A DNA stretch of 62,121 bases, filler included, from 6 parts of 6 records of this genome joined end to end with filler, not necessarily neighbours in it, one strand, 5' to 3'. Counted from the first letter of the whole stretch, positions 33,472 to 44,072 are shown. The notes: a model not told the origin generated them from the letters alone. A program made the numbers and translations.

Positions 33472-34493
33472 ATGCGTCGAGGAATACATTGTACCGGCAA
33501 TTTTATTATCGATCATGTAAAAAAATCAATAGGTGGCCAAAGCAGGGCATGCTATCGACCATCAGTCAGGAGGTTATTGGTACAGGAGGCGGGCCTTTTA
33601 ATGTGGTCGTTGATCTGGCTAAAATGGATGATTCGCTGCCTCTCTTTGCTTCCGGCGTGATCGGAAAAGATAAAGAAGGGGACATAATCCTGAATATTTT
33701 GCAGGAGCATCATATAAACTGTTCTTTTATGCAACGCACCTCTGAGCAACCAACCTCTTATACGGATGTGATGAGCGAAGAGGTCAACGGGTGCCGAACG
33801 TTTTTCCATTGCCGCGGCGCTAATGCCTTGCTGGATTATGATCACTTTGTGTCCATTCAATCAAGCGCAAAAATATTTCACCTGGGTTATTTGTTGTTAC
33901 TGGATAAACTGGACGCCGTAGATAAAGAGTATGGTGTTATGGCTGGCCGCGTTCTGCACCTGCTTCAGGACAAGGGTTTCAAGACATCAGTAGATCTTGT
34001 GTCGGAAGAAAGTGATCGATACAAAACGATTGTTTTACCGTGCCTGAAATATATAAATTATCTTGTTGTGAACGAGATCGAGGCAAGCGGGTGCACCGGA
34101 TTGCAGATTCGCGATGATAATAATCGAATTCATAGTTCTCACGTTGTCAGAGCAGCTGAACAGCTTCTGGCCGGAGGTGTGCAGGATCTTGTTGTGATAC
34201 ATTTTCCAGAAGGTGCTTTTGCTCTTTCAATATCAGGTACACGATTGTTTATGCCCTCCTATATTGTGAAGGAAGAAGTTCAAAGTACAGTTGGAGCCGG
34301 AGATGCGTTTTGTGCCGGATTGCTGTATGGCCTGCATGAGGAGTGGCCTTTGAGAAAGTCTCTCAAATTTGCGCATGCCAGTGCGCGATTTAATTTGACC
34401 AATCCAACGTGTACAGGAGGTGCGGTGCCTGTTGACGAACTGCAACGTTTTATAGAAGTGGCTGAATTAAGACAGGCGGTGGTGGAGATCTAA
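33472..34493 (+). CDS. PfkB carbohydrate kinase (frameshift in A7 at ~33520)
   Basis: MRRGIHCTGNFIIDHVK joins the 33489 frame; GGGPFN, STVGAGDAFCAG. Confidence 0.88.
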
Positions 34494-34546
34494 GGAGGTA
34501 AAAGAAGAAAGAGAATAAAGTGCTGATCAAAATACAAAGATTAAAT

Positions 34547-35089
34547 TTAGATAATTCTCAAGTTTTTTAGACGATATTCCAAAGCTGTGGTAGAAACAAA
34601 AAACTTTTCAGCCATTTTTTCAATGAATTCAGATTTGGGCATTTTATTGCCATTGTTTTGGATTTTATATTCCTTTACAATTGATTTAGCTATATCAATT
34701 ACTTTTTCAGAGGGCATCAGTAATCTTGCTGCAAAATTGTTAGCCTCAGCCTCCTGGGTTGACCATTCTGAACTTCTGCTAAAAACAACATTATCATCTA
34801 ATATATTGTTGTTATGGCTCAAATGATGTAAAATGTAATGACCTATTTCGTGTGCAATTGTAAATCTTTGCCTTACTGGCGAATCTGCCGGATTAACCCA
34901 AATTTTAATTTTGTCATTATTGAGAATGATTTCACCTGCAAATTCACTTTTGTTAAAATTAAAATCATTATTTATTTCTATTTTTAAAAAATGAAATAAT
35001 TTTTTAAAAGAGATAGGAATCTCTAAATCAAATATTTTGTAATAATCATTAGGATCAACATGTCTTAATTTTTCATGTTTTTTATTCAT
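34547..35089 (-). CDS. ImmA/IrrE family zinc metallopeptidase
   Basis: RQRFTIAHEIGH, EAEANNFAARLLMP, FFVSTTALEYRL. Confidence 0.9.
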   Translation of the reverse strand: MNKKHEKLRHVDPNDYYKIFDLEIPISFKKLFHFLKIEINNDFNFNKSEFAGEIILNNDKIKIWVNPADSPVRQRFTIAHEIGHYILHHLSHNNNILDDNVVFSRSSEWSTQEAEANNFAARLLMPSEKVIDIAKSIVKEYKIQNNGNKMPKSEFIEKMAEKFFVSTTALEYRLKNLRII

Positions 35090-35573
35090 TTAATGATTCC
35101 TTAATTTCTTTAATATCTTTCGAATATTCTTTTGTTGTATTTTCAATTATAGATAATATATAATTTTTAATCTCTTTATGTCCCAGTAATTTAATAACAA
35201 AATCCATTCTTGCGTCTATATCACTGTCAATTCTTTTTAGTACTTGTTCAAAATAATATTTTTCATTTCTTCTCGACATTATGGCTAAAAGAATACCACC
35301 TCCAACTGCAAGAATGCTAATAATGCCCAAACCCAGGCTTAGTAAAAGAGATAATTTTTCAACATAGGTATTTGTGTTAGTAAGTATTTGATTGTTGAAT
35401 TTTGTTGTTTGTTTGGCAAAATGTAATAACGAATCGATTTCACAACGAGTTTCTTTTAAAAAGACAATATGATTTTTTAAGTTAAAATAATTACTGTCAA
35501 CTTGAGCAGTCTGAGTAAAGGAAACCGGAGTGTTGAGAAGCAGAAAAATCAGCAAAAACATGAATGATTTCAT
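35082..35573 (-). CDS. Membrane-anchored hypothetical protein
   Basis: Signal peptide plus one TM helix; overlaps the IrrE gene by 8 nt; very AT-rich. Confidence 0.65.
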   Translation of the reverse strand: MKSFMFLLIFLLLNTPVSFTQTAQVDSNYFNLKNHIVFLKETRCEIDSLLHFAKQTTKFNNQILTNTNTYVEKLSLLLSLGLGIISILAVGGGILLAIMSRRNEKYYFEQVLKRIDSDIDARMDFVIKLLGHKEIKNYILSIIENTTKEYSKDIKEIKESLNE

Positions 35574-35732
35574 AATTTATATCCCCCTTTTGGCGCAAAA
35601 TAATAAGATCATTCAAAAATTACAACATAAATTTTTGCCAGGTTATTCTGAATATGAAACGATTGAAAATTATAACATGTTTCATTTGTTGCCAAAAAAC
35701 ATTGTCACATGACAAAACAGTAGCCTGAATTT

Positions 35733-36224
35733 TTATTCTATCTTTTGACTGGTTGGATCGCTGTTGCCGATATCCACAATCACCTTCCAGGAGCCATCCT
35801 TTTGTTTTTTCCACACGTTCACATATTTCCCCTGAACGAAATTGGATTGTCCCTCCGGATCTTTCCAGGAATAAGTATAGGTTCCCCATGTATAACCCAT
35901 GTCTCCTGAGCTGGCTACCTCTCCATTTTTAGGCTCCCAGGCGAGGACGGACTGATCGTTTGACTCATTCATGCTTTCATAGATATTTTGTCTGCCCATT
36001 ATGGGCGGAGATTGAGCCGGCAACTGGAGGGACTCTTTTGCCAGATACATATTAAAAGCTTCGGCCGCTCCTTTTTCCAGGGACATATGGGCGAAATCCA
36101 GGTCGGTTTGTAAAAGATCTAATTTTGCTTTTGTTAGATCTGTTTGTTTGGCACACGTCAGGAAAAGAATAAAAGCAAGTGAAACAAAAAATGTTGATCC
36201 AAAGAGTGATATGATTTTTTTCAT
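35733..36224 (-). CDS. DUF4440/NTF2-like lipoprotein
   Basis: SGDMGYTWG, GKYVNVWKKQKDGSWK. Confidence 0.85.
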   Translation of the reverse strand: MKKIISLFGSTFFVSLAFILFLTCAKQTDLTKAKLDLLQTDLDFAHMSLEKGAAEAFNMYLAKESLQLPAQSPPIMGRQNIYESMNESNDQSVLAWEPKNGEVASSGDMGYTWGTYTYSWKDPEGQSNFVQGKYVNVWKKQKDGSWKVIVDIGNSDPTSQKIE

Positions 36225-36283
36225 AATCTCGATTCCCTTAAATCATGATGTGTATTTGATGTTGTCAGACTGACTTGTGCTCC

Positions 36284-36745
36284 TCATTTCTGACCGGATC
36301 CGCGTATTTCGATTTTATCGATTCTTTTCTGATGTCGTCCGCCCTGAAAAGTAGCATTCAGCCAGGAGTCCACAATACGGATCGCTGTATCCGGACTCAT
36401 CATTCTCTGGCCCATGGATATTATGTTGGCGTTGTTGTGTTCTTTGGCCAATAGCGCGCTTTTGGTGTTCCAGCATACAGCACAGCGAATGCCTTTGACC
36501 TTATTGGCAACGATGGCTTCACCATTTCCGGACCCACCCAAAACAATACCCAGATCACAGCTTTGATCAGCTACAGCAACGGCTGCGGGCCTGATTTTTT
36601 CCGGATAGTCGACAGGATCGTCAGAGTCGGTACCAAAATCTGTAATCTGATATCCCTGAGATATCAGATAAGTTTTGATTTTTTCTTTATACACATACCC
36701 GGCATGATCAGAGGCAATGGCGATTTTTAACGATTTTTTTGTCAT
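36284..36745 (-). CDS. rpiB: Ribose 5-phosphate isomerase B
   Basis: IASDHAG, VDYP, GSGNG, ANKVKGIR, HNNAN, FQGGRH. Confidence 0.93.
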   Translation of the reverse strand: MTKKSLKIAIASDHAGYVYKEKIKTYLISQGYQITDFGTDSDDPVDYPEKIRPAAVAVADQSCDLGIVLGGSGNGEAIVANKVKGIRCAVCWNTKSALLAKEHNNANIISMGQRMMSPDTAIRIVDSWLNATFQGGRHQKRIDKIEIRGSGQK

Positions 36746-36830
36746 TTCTTTACAAAAGAAAATAGCAATATGTTTACATGATTAGGAAACAAGAACGCGA
36801 ATAGATTCGATGTCATGTTGTTTTTTAACA

Positions 36831-37340
36831 TTACCAGCGTTCATAGTGAACAAGCTGGGATAGATCTTTACGGATTTTGGGTTTTGCTTGATCAGCAGGA
36901 TAGCCCAGAGGTGTAAAGGCGACAGGTTCAACACCTTCTGGCAGGCCACATATGTCACGTGCTGCTTTCGGATCAAAAGCGGCGATCCAACAGGTTCCAA
37001 GTCCAAGGTCCGTTGCTGCCAGGACGATATGATCCATAACAATCGTGGCATCCACGTCAGCATAGTTTTTCCCATCAGAACGGGTCCAGGCTAACGAGGT
37101 TTCACCGCATATTCCTAAAACCAGGGGTGCCTGAATCAGCCAATCCCTCCGATATAAGTGTTTCAGCTCAGGTTCCCGACCTTCTGTTCGGATGACGATG
37201 ATTCCAAAAGGCTGCCGGTTTGCAGCTGTTGGTGCCAGTCGCGCTGCTTCCAGGATCTGTTGTAATTTGTTTTCCTCAACCGGATTTGGTAAATAGGCCC
37301 GAACACTGTATCTGTTTTTCACCAATTCAATAAAGTCCAT
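36831..37340 (-). CDS. Nitroreductase family protein
   Basis: RYSVRAY, APTAANRQP, GLGTCWI, LGYP. Confidence 0.9.
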   Translation of the reverse strand: MDFIELVKNRYSVRAYLPNPVEENKLQQILEAARLAPTAANRQPFGIIVIRTEGREPELKHLYRRDWLIQAPLVLGICGETSLAWTRSDGKNYADVDATIVMDHIVLAATDLGLGTCWIAAFDPKAARDICGLPEGVEPVAFTPLGYPADQAKPKIRKDLSQLVHYERW

Positions 37341-37579
37341 AACTGATTCCCTTTTTATTAAAATGATTTTTTCGTTAAAGCGTAAAGTAATAACAGTTCA
37401 CACAAAAGGAGAGAAAAAGACAACCATTTTACAAAACCAGAGCGAAAGAAATAAGCTGAATGACACAAGCTATGTCAAACAGATTTGTGTTTCATAAAAA
37501 GCAGTTGACCATATAAACATAATACTTACGGTAAATCCAGCCACGTTAGGTTATAATGTGCTTTGGTTGATCGTTTGAG

Positions 37580-38053
37580 TTAACGACGTTTGTAGGTCCC
37601 GATCAGTTCTACCTGTTCTAAAATATGTCCCTGCATGTCCGCTTCCAAATGTCTTTTAGTTGGTTTTTTTAAATCCGGGAGCACACAGTCCAGGGCATAT
37701 AGTTTAAAAAAGTAGCGATGTTTACCGATCGGCGGGCAGGGGCCACCATATCCGGTCCGTTTCCAGTCATTGAGACCTTCTTTTGTTCCCTGGGGCAGAT
37801 TATTGGGACGAATGCCTTGTGCCAGCCCTTTGGTATTTGCAGGGATATTATAAAGTAACCAGTGAACCCATGTCATTCTGGGAGCATCCGGATCCGGGGC
37901 GTCGGGATCGTCCACGATGAGCACGAGAGTCTGGCACTCTTTAGGGATGCCGTTCCAGTTCAACTGAGGAGATATATCATCTCCATCACACGTATAAAGA
38001 ACAGGTATATCATCGTTGTGATGAAATACCGGTGACGAGATTTTTAAGCTCAT
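37580..38053 (-). CDS. YbhB/YbcL (PEBP-like) protein
   Basis: YTCDG, DDPDAP, WVHW, GYGGPCPP, HRYFFKLYALD. Confidence 0.93.
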   Translation of the reverse strand: MSLKISSPVFHHNDDIPVLYTCDGDDISPQLNWNGIPKECQTLVLIVDDPDAPDPDAPRMTWVHWLLYNIPANTKGLAQGIRPNNLPQGTKEGLNDWKRTGYGGPCPPIGKHRYFFKLYALDCVLPDLKKPTKRHLEADMQGHILEQVELIGTYKRR

Positions 38054-38203
38054 AAAAAACCTCCTGTAAACAACCTGTTATACCCTTTTTCAACGCTGTT
38101 GTGGATTTTACACCTCTTGAAAATAAGTTTTGCGGATACTGTTTATAGAAGCCCTAAAAAGTGTTACTGACATACAGAGGCGAGTTGCTTTACGACTGTT
38201 CTG

Positions 38204-38506
38204 TTATTGCTTAATAAATTGATCCAGATCTGTTTCATGCACCTGAAACTCGACCCACAGTGGGAGATGATCTGATAGTTGAAATGTCATTTTGTTGTAA
38301 GTGGATGTACTCATATCCGGGTTAAAAAAGGCATCATAAAAATTGAGCACACCAGCCTTGCCGATTTCACAATCTGTGTTCTCCTCAAAATAGGCAATTT
38401 GGTCGTAATGTGCGTTTTGTTTTAAATTGGTTTTAAATTTTCGCAACTTGTTAGGTACTTTTAGTCCATGCTTTTCCAACGCTTTAAATGTTTTGCTGCG
38501 CAATCC
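38204..38506 (-). CDS. C-terminal fragment of an endonuclease/exonuclease/phosphatase-family protein
   Basis: YDQI and SDHLPLWVEF motifs; 5' part beyond the contig end. Confidence 0.7.
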   Translation of the reverse strand, partial: GLRSKTFKALEKHGLKVPNKLRKFKTNLKQNAHYDQIAYFEENTDCEIGKAGVLNFYDAFFNPDMSTSTYNKMTFQLSDHLPLWVEFQVHETDLDQFIKQ

Positions 38507-38606
38507 NNNNNNNNNNNNNNNNNNNNNNNNNNNNNNNNNNNNNNNNNNNNTTAATTAATTAANNNNNNNNNNNNNNNNNNNNNNNNNNNNNNNNNNNNNN
38601 NNNNNN
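38507..38606. other. Artificial contig linker
   Basis: N run with TTAATTAATTAA. Confidence 0.99.
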
Positions 38607-38701
38607 ATTTGTGAGGTAACAGCTATTTTTGCAGTCCGGAGGAGTTACAGCGCGATGCGGATAACAGGATTTTGTGATTAAGCAAAACGTTTTTCACGGA
38701 A

Positions 38702-39544
38702 TCATTCATTAGCTAAAGCTTCAATGATTTTCGAGCAGCCGCCATGACATAAATAGTTGGCATGATCGTCAATATTCTCAAACTTCCGTCCGACTATTTT
38801 GGAACACTCGAATTCATATTCGGTGCAATTTACAAATCTATCAATCGCATCTATAGCTCTGGAATTTTTAAATTCAATTTTACCATCTCCCTCCAGGCTG
38901 CTTCTCATACCGATGATCCAAATGGCAGCCCCCAATGCTCCGCAGGCACCGCCGCATAAACCGATACCACCCGCAAGTCCAGCTAGCATTACTGTATGCA
39001 TATGGGACAAGCCCATCTTTCGTGCCAACTCAGCTGTGCAACTTACAGGCGGTGATGGCGCTTTAATATATTCTTCGGAAAAGGCGGTATTAATCTCACG
39101 AAATGCGACCGGGGCATATTTTATCGCCATCCGAAAGCAGCTTATGCTCCCGCCCTTTAAAAGAAAATAGGTAATCATCTCCATAGTTGAAGATGAATTG
39201 TCCAAATCAGTTAGATCAATGCAATTTATGCTACTGTTACATGCATGGAAGGATTCCACAAGTCTATGGGCGGCATTAATTGCCTTAATTTCAGCTTGTG
39301 GGACGGGACCAAGAAGTTGATAAGCCTGTGCCCCTGCTGCAAGTGTCGCCCCCCAAATCATACCGCACTGGTAGCCATGTTGCATTATTCCACCGGCAAG
39401 AGGCATGACAGCGTTTTCTTCGGATTTCAATGGGTGATCGTATGCGTCGTTGAGAACTCTCAACAGTGCTCCTGATCACGCAACTTTAAGAAATGAACGC
39501 ACGGTTCCTATTGATGTTATCCCGCTTTTTGATTTGATCATCAT
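38702..39544 (-). CDS. C-GCAxxG-C-C family redox protein (two repeats), probable selenoprotein (Sec23)
   Basis: AGGAG RBS plus ATG at 39544; in-frame TGA at 39476-39478; LAGG...QCGMIWG and LAGG...ACGALG repeats; hairpin 11 nt after the TGA. Confidence 0.8.
39449..39464 (-). promoter_or_regulatory. Putative bacterial SECIS element
   Basis: GTTGAG-AGTT-CTCAAC perfect stem-loop starting 11 nt after UGA, with G in the second loop position. Confidence 0.65.
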
Positions 39545-39662
39545 GTCTCCTCTTGTTATTCACATTTTATTATATTCCTATTACTGCTTTGCTTTGGTGT
39601 TAACATCCAGATTCGCTCACGTACAAAGTGATTTACGACAATAATCCTTCAAAGTAATCACA

Positions 39663-39697
39663 CCCTAACGACTATCTCACCTGCTCCGCAATAGGGG
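39663..39697 (-). repeat. Degenerate attC (right arm only)
   Basis: ...GCGGAGCAGGTGAGATAGTC GTTAGGG; left arm not clearly identifiable. Confidence 0.5.
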
Positions 39698-39900
39698 AAC
39701 AGGGATCTTTGATTTAAATTAAAACGCTGTGCGGTACTTTCAAGTTTAAAAATCACGACATAAGAAAGTGTTTTGAGTGGAGAAACTTGAATGAATTCGG
39801 AACCGTTAAATTCCTGTTCGTTTTCCTCGATAAAAGTTGGATTTCAGTGTATTGTTCAATGTAGCTGAAAAATCCCAAGTTATCAGGTCTGTCGTTAAAT

Positions 39901-40215
39901 TTATTGTTCAATATCCAATTCTATTCCACCAAACCATCTTGCATATAAATTATAGAGAAAAGATTCCAAAATTCCAATTATAAATCCAAAGGTTGCAAAA
40001 ATAATTGGCATACCTAAAAGTGCTAAAAACGCAAGTGCGGTACCATAACCTATTCCCGGTGTTGTGTTGCTGCTTATCACCCTGGTACTTACGAGTACAT
40101 CATAAATAGCTCCACCAAATGAATATATAATTCCAGCAATGAAACCGATAATGGCCATTGTAACAGCATGCAATTTTGCCAGGAAGAGCATTCTCATTTT
40201 TTTTAATTTTGCCAT
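39901..40215 (-). CDS. Small two-TM hypothetical protein (cassette cargo)
   Basis: Two hydrophobic segments; YN...W.GGIE C-terminal motif. Confidence 0.7.
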   Translation of the reverse strand: MAKLKKMRMLFLAKLHAVTMAIIGFIAGIIYSFGGAIYDVLVSTRVISSNTTPGIGYGTALAFLALLGMPIIFATFGFIIGILESFLYNLYARWFGGIELDIEQ

Positions 40216-40400
40216 TCTTTATTCACATTCTTATCATTAAATTGAAATCAAGATGAATGCCTTTCTAAATTTTGGGTAGGTGGAATCCCAAAATGGACCG
40301 ACTTTAGAAACTAATGTTTGTTGTTCTTATACCGCCAGATTGGTGGGATATTATTACTTGTTTATATTTTTCATATACCATTTTCATTTTTTCTCCGTAC

Positions 40401-40462
40401 ACATAACGTTTTAATTTAGCGACCGCAAAAAGCAGAGCGAGGTCCGGGTAAATGCAATTTTT
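40401..40462 (-). repeat. Degenerate attC
   Basis: R' GTTATGT, ATTTACCCGGACC/GGTCGCTAAAT arms; R'' lost. Confidence 0.6.
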
Positions 40463-40466
40463 AAAA

Positions 40467-40790
40467 TTATTTTGGGCCTGGCATCTCTACTAACTCTGAC
40501 ACCTCAAGTGAACCATTAATATCAAGAAAAGGACAAGCCTTTGCAATCGACAGTGCCGCTTCCATAGAATCCGTTTCAATAATGGTGTAACCAGACATTG
40601 TCGTTGTTCCTCCGGTAGTAACAGTACCATCTGGATTTACTGTGTTCGTATTTTTGAGTGGATTGGCAGGACTAACAGCAGCGTCGCCCAAAGAAGATAC
40701 CCAATCCATATATTTCGAAAAATGTTTCTGACCTTCCTCCGGGCTGGATGGCTGATCGCCGCCCAGATAAACAATAAGGTATTGAGGCAT
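40467..40790 (-). CDS. YciI-like (DGPF-type) protein (cassette cargo)
   Basis: SGYTIIE..SMEAA..IAKACP..GSLEV; AAGGAG RBS. Confidence 0.8.
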   Translation of the reverse strand: MPQYLIVYLGGDQPSSPEEGQKHFSKYMDWVSSLGDAAVSPANPLKNTNTVNPDGTVTTGGTTTMSGYTIIETDSMEAALSIAKACPFLDINGSLEVSELVEMPGPK

Positions 40791-40835
40791 TTGTGTTTCT
40801 CCTTTATTAAAATTTAACTGTTACATGCTAAAAAC

Positions 40836-40926
40836 ATATAACTTGATTAGAGATTAGCTAAATGACCACATTTTTGTTTAGTATTAGACAACAATTATTT
40901 TGTTGTTACTATTCAATTTGTTAGGC
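40836..40926 (-). repeat. Probable AT-rich attC
   Basis: R'' GCCTAAC ... R' GTTATAT with TTGAATAG/CTAATCAA arms. Confidence 0.55.
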
Positions 40927-41002
40927 TAAGTTCTTTCAGGTATCCTTGAGGATTTTTCCGCACTTTCCCTATTTTATTTTCCATCACTTGATTTGACGAT
41001 CT

Positions 41003-41543
41003 AAAATGGTTAAAAAGGTTATAGTCTTCTCTTTTCAACAACATAATGTAATATGGTGTATGGAGATTTTGGTTAGTGATGCTATTAGGGTTAAAGAGCG
41101 AAAAAGTAAGGTTTTCGAAAGGTTTGATGGGGATGAATTTGACGTTTTAATCTGTATTTGGTTGGGGTATGGTGGACTATCATTTTTTTCAATTGGCGAT
41201 GCAATGTAACAGCTGTTTTTGTAGTCTTATGGGGATAAATATCCTGGTTTAATTGGCGCCCGACATGGATATGTCAGACGATCATTTTTCTATTTTATTA
41301 AAAAATAAACTAATAAGGTTTGTAGAGGTTTTAATTATCGATGCTATTAGGTTAAAGAGCAAAAATTGAGGTTTTCGAAAGGTTTGGTATGGATGATTAT
41401 GCCTTTCATTTATATTTAGCAAAGGTATGGTGTATGAGCAGAAATTTTCAACTGTAGATGTGGGCTTATAGTTGTTTTTGAAATCCGGTGGGGATAAATA
41501 TCCCAATTTATCTGGTGTCCGGCATGGATATACCGGACGATCA
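41003..41543. repeat. ~260-bp tandem repeat array 1 (leader plus 2 units)
   Basis: GATGCTATTAG at 41078 and 41340; GGGGATAAATATCC and hairpin...GACGATCA in both units. Confidence 0.85.
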
Positions 41544-41895
41544 GAATAAGGTTGCTTAAATCAAAAAATGTTACACTTTAATTGATTTAGTATTTTCCCT
41601 CAAAAGGATGGAATATACACAACATTTTGGACTTGACACCTTTTTAATCCAGCCTGAATTTCGGACAATTTACAATATGGTACTTGTTTTTATTGATCGA
41701 ATGACTTAACTTTAAACCGATTCATTTGTACCTCCTTGATTTATCTGAACACCCTTTCAGGTTTATACATTTTATAAATTACATAGCAATTAAGAGACCG
41801 GCAGAACCGGTTTATTAGACCGCTGACGGAAGTAGTGGCCTTTAAAAGTGCAATAAAACATTTAAATTCTTCCCGACTTTTCTCAGGGACAGACT

Positions 41896-41985
41896 ATGGA
41901 ACTCTTGACGTAACGCTACGCTGGTAAAATGGACGGCATCCTATCCTGCTATGTTAGAGTAGTCATAAGCGGACATAAATCATAA
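41896..41985 (+). pseudogene. Remnant 5' end of a putative transposase-like gene
   Basis: MELLT*RYAGKMDGILSCYVRVVISG, recalled as similar to a GvLSCyDRvvi.G N-terminal motif; internal TAA. Confidence 0.4.
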
Positions 41986-42107
41986 GTCGCAAAAGTTGTA
42001 AAGAAACTGAATAATAAACTTTTACGCGGACCTGCAAAGCCTGCTAATGTGACTTATTCCGTACTATTGCAGGTTATTTTTCAAACTTTTCAATTTAATT
42101 ATTAACT

Positions 42108-44072
42108 ATGAGAACAATGATGACACTTTTTAAAAAATATCAATGGACGACACTTCTGCTCATGCTTTTAGCTGGCAGCTTAACAGCACAGGTAAAACTT
42201 TCACATATCTTTAACAACAACATGGTGTTACAGCAGGGAATGAAAATTCCCGTCTGGGGATGGGCTTCCCCAGGAGAGAAAGTGACTGTAACTTTTGATA
42301 AGGCAATTGTTTCAGCCAAGGCGAACAAAGAGGGAAAATGGGCACTGAATTTACCGGCTATGAATTATGGCGGTCCTTTCAAAATGACTGTAAAAGGGAA
42401 AAATCTAAAGACGTTTGAAAATATCATGATCGGTGAAGTATGGGTATGTTCAGGGCAGTCAAATATGGAATTTCATCTGGTTAATAGTAAAAATGGAGAT
42501 GCCGAAGTTGCAGCATCTGATTACCCTAATATAAGACTCTTTACAGTCAAAAAAAGAATCTCTCAAATTCCTCAGGATCACCTTGAGGATGCAGAATGGC
42601 TCCCATGTTCGCCGGCTACCTCTCCCCATTTTTCTGCTGTGGGTTATTTCTTTGCAAAAGCACTCTATGAAAAATTTAAAGTCCCGATAGGACTGATTAA
42701 CACTTCATGGGGTGGTACGATAGCCGAGACCTGGACCAGCGATGAAATGATCTCAAGGAATCCCGATTTTGTCAATCAGATGGCGCAACTGAAGAAAATT
42801 GATCTGAATGATTATGCGCGGACTGTTGAGAAAGAGGTAAAATCAAGAGTTGGTGCGTTTTCTACCATTGATCTGGGAATGAAAGGGGATCTACCGGTCT
42901 GGGCTGCTCCTGACTTTGATGATACCACCTGGAAAACAATGAAACTACCCGGATTAATTGAGCATAATGGACTGGTAGGTGTGGACGGGATCATATGGTT
43001 CAGAAAAGAGGTGGATATTTTGCCTACTGAAGCAGGGAAAACTGCGACCCTGAGCCTTGCCAAGATCAATGACTCTGATAACACCTACCTCAACGGAACA
43101 CTCATCGGAAGTAATAAACTGATTGCTGAAAAATCCAGAATCTATACAATTCCTGCCGGATTACTGAAATCAGGAAAGAATATCATTACCGTTCAAGTCG
43201 AAGACATCGGCAATATGGGTGGCATCTATGGTAATCCAGCTGCTCTTAAATTGCAGTGCGACGACCGCACTATTTCACTGAGCGGTAATTGGAAATATAA
43301 GGTTGGCCTGGTAAAATTCAGTGCCGTTTTAAGTCCCAACTCCTATCCTACCCTTCTTTACAATGGAATGATTCACCCATTAATTCCGTACGGTATCCGG
43401 GGTGCAATCTGGTACCAGGGTGAGGGAAACGCCGGAAGGGCAAAACAATATCAAAGAGTATTTCCCGATCTGATCAAAGACTGGAGAAACCATTGGGATC
43501 AGGGTGACTTTCCTTTCCTCTTTGTCCAACTGGCCAGCTTTATGAAGAGCGATTCCTTGCCGCAGGAGAGCAGCTGGGCTGAACTCAGGGAGGCTCAGAG
43601 CATGACACTGGCGCTGCCCAATACGGGAATGGCTGTCACAACTGATGTTGGAGATGAACTCGATATTCATCCCACAGATAAACAGACTGTTGGAAAACGA
43701 CTGGCATTGTCTGCCCTGAAAGTCGCTTATAAACAAGATGTTTTATTTAGCGGACCCGTTTATAAATCAATGAGTGTTAATGGCAGCAACGTTACCCTAA
43801 CTTTCGAAGAGGTTGGCGACGGATTGAAAGTCAAAGATAAATATGGCTATCTGAAAGGTTTTGCGGTGGCAGGCGAAGATCATAAATTCTACTGGGCAAG
43901 TGGCAAACTGACAGGGAAAAATACCCTTGAAGTTTCTTGTCCAGAGGTTCACCATCCCGTGGCAGTGCGCTATGGCTGGGGTAATAATCCCGATGATGCC
44001 AACCTTTACAACAGCGCCGATCTTCCTGCTTCACCGTTCCGAACCGATCAGTGGAGGGGAATTACAGAATAA
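42108..44072 (+). CDS. Sialate O-acetylesterase (SASA/SGNH) family
   Basis: GEVWVCSGQSNM, WGGT, GAIWYQGE, DIHP, PASPFRTD. Confidence 0.92.
   Translation: MRTMMTLFKKYQWTTLLLMLLAGSLTAQVKLSHIFNNNMVLQQGMKIPVWGWASPGEKVTVTFDKAIVSAKANKEGKWALNLPAMNYGGPFKMTVKGKNLKTFENIMIGEVWVCSGQSNMEFHLVNSKNGDAEVAASDYPNIRLFTVKKRISQIPQDHLEDAEWLPCSPATSPHFSAVGYFFAKALYEKFKVPIGLINTSWGGTIAETWTSDEMISRNPDFVNQMAQLKKIDLNDYARTVEKEVKSRVGAFSTIDLGMKGDLPVWAAPDFDDTTWKTMKLPGLIEHNGLVGVDGIIWFRKEVDILPTEAGKTATLSLAKINDSDNTYLNGTLIGSNKLIAEKSRIYTIPAGLLKSGKNIITVQVEDIGNMGGIYGNPAALKLQCDDRTISLSGNWKYKVGLVKFSAVLSPNSYPTLLYNGMIHPLIPYGIRGAIWYQGEGNAGRAKQYQRVFPDLIKDWRNHWDQGDFPFLFVQLASFMKSDSLPQESSWAELREAQSMTLALPNTGMAVTTDVGDELDIHPTDKQTVGKRLALSALKVAYKQDVLFSGPVYKSMSVNGSNVTLTFEEVGDGLKVKDKYGYLKGFAVAGEDHKFYWASGKLTGKNTLEVSCPEVHHPVAVRYGWGNNPDDANLYNSADLPASPFRTDQWRGITE

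Noticed and set aside
39700-39899. Full-length attC between ATTTAAC (39899 or 39810) and GTTAGGG (39669)
   Set aside because: Spacing of ~150-240 bp and poor arm pairing; only the right arm is reported
40304-40387. 27-aa ORF MKMVYEKYKQVIISHQSGG with GGAG RBS right after an attC
   Set aside because: Probably a truncated cassette-gene remnant; too short to assign
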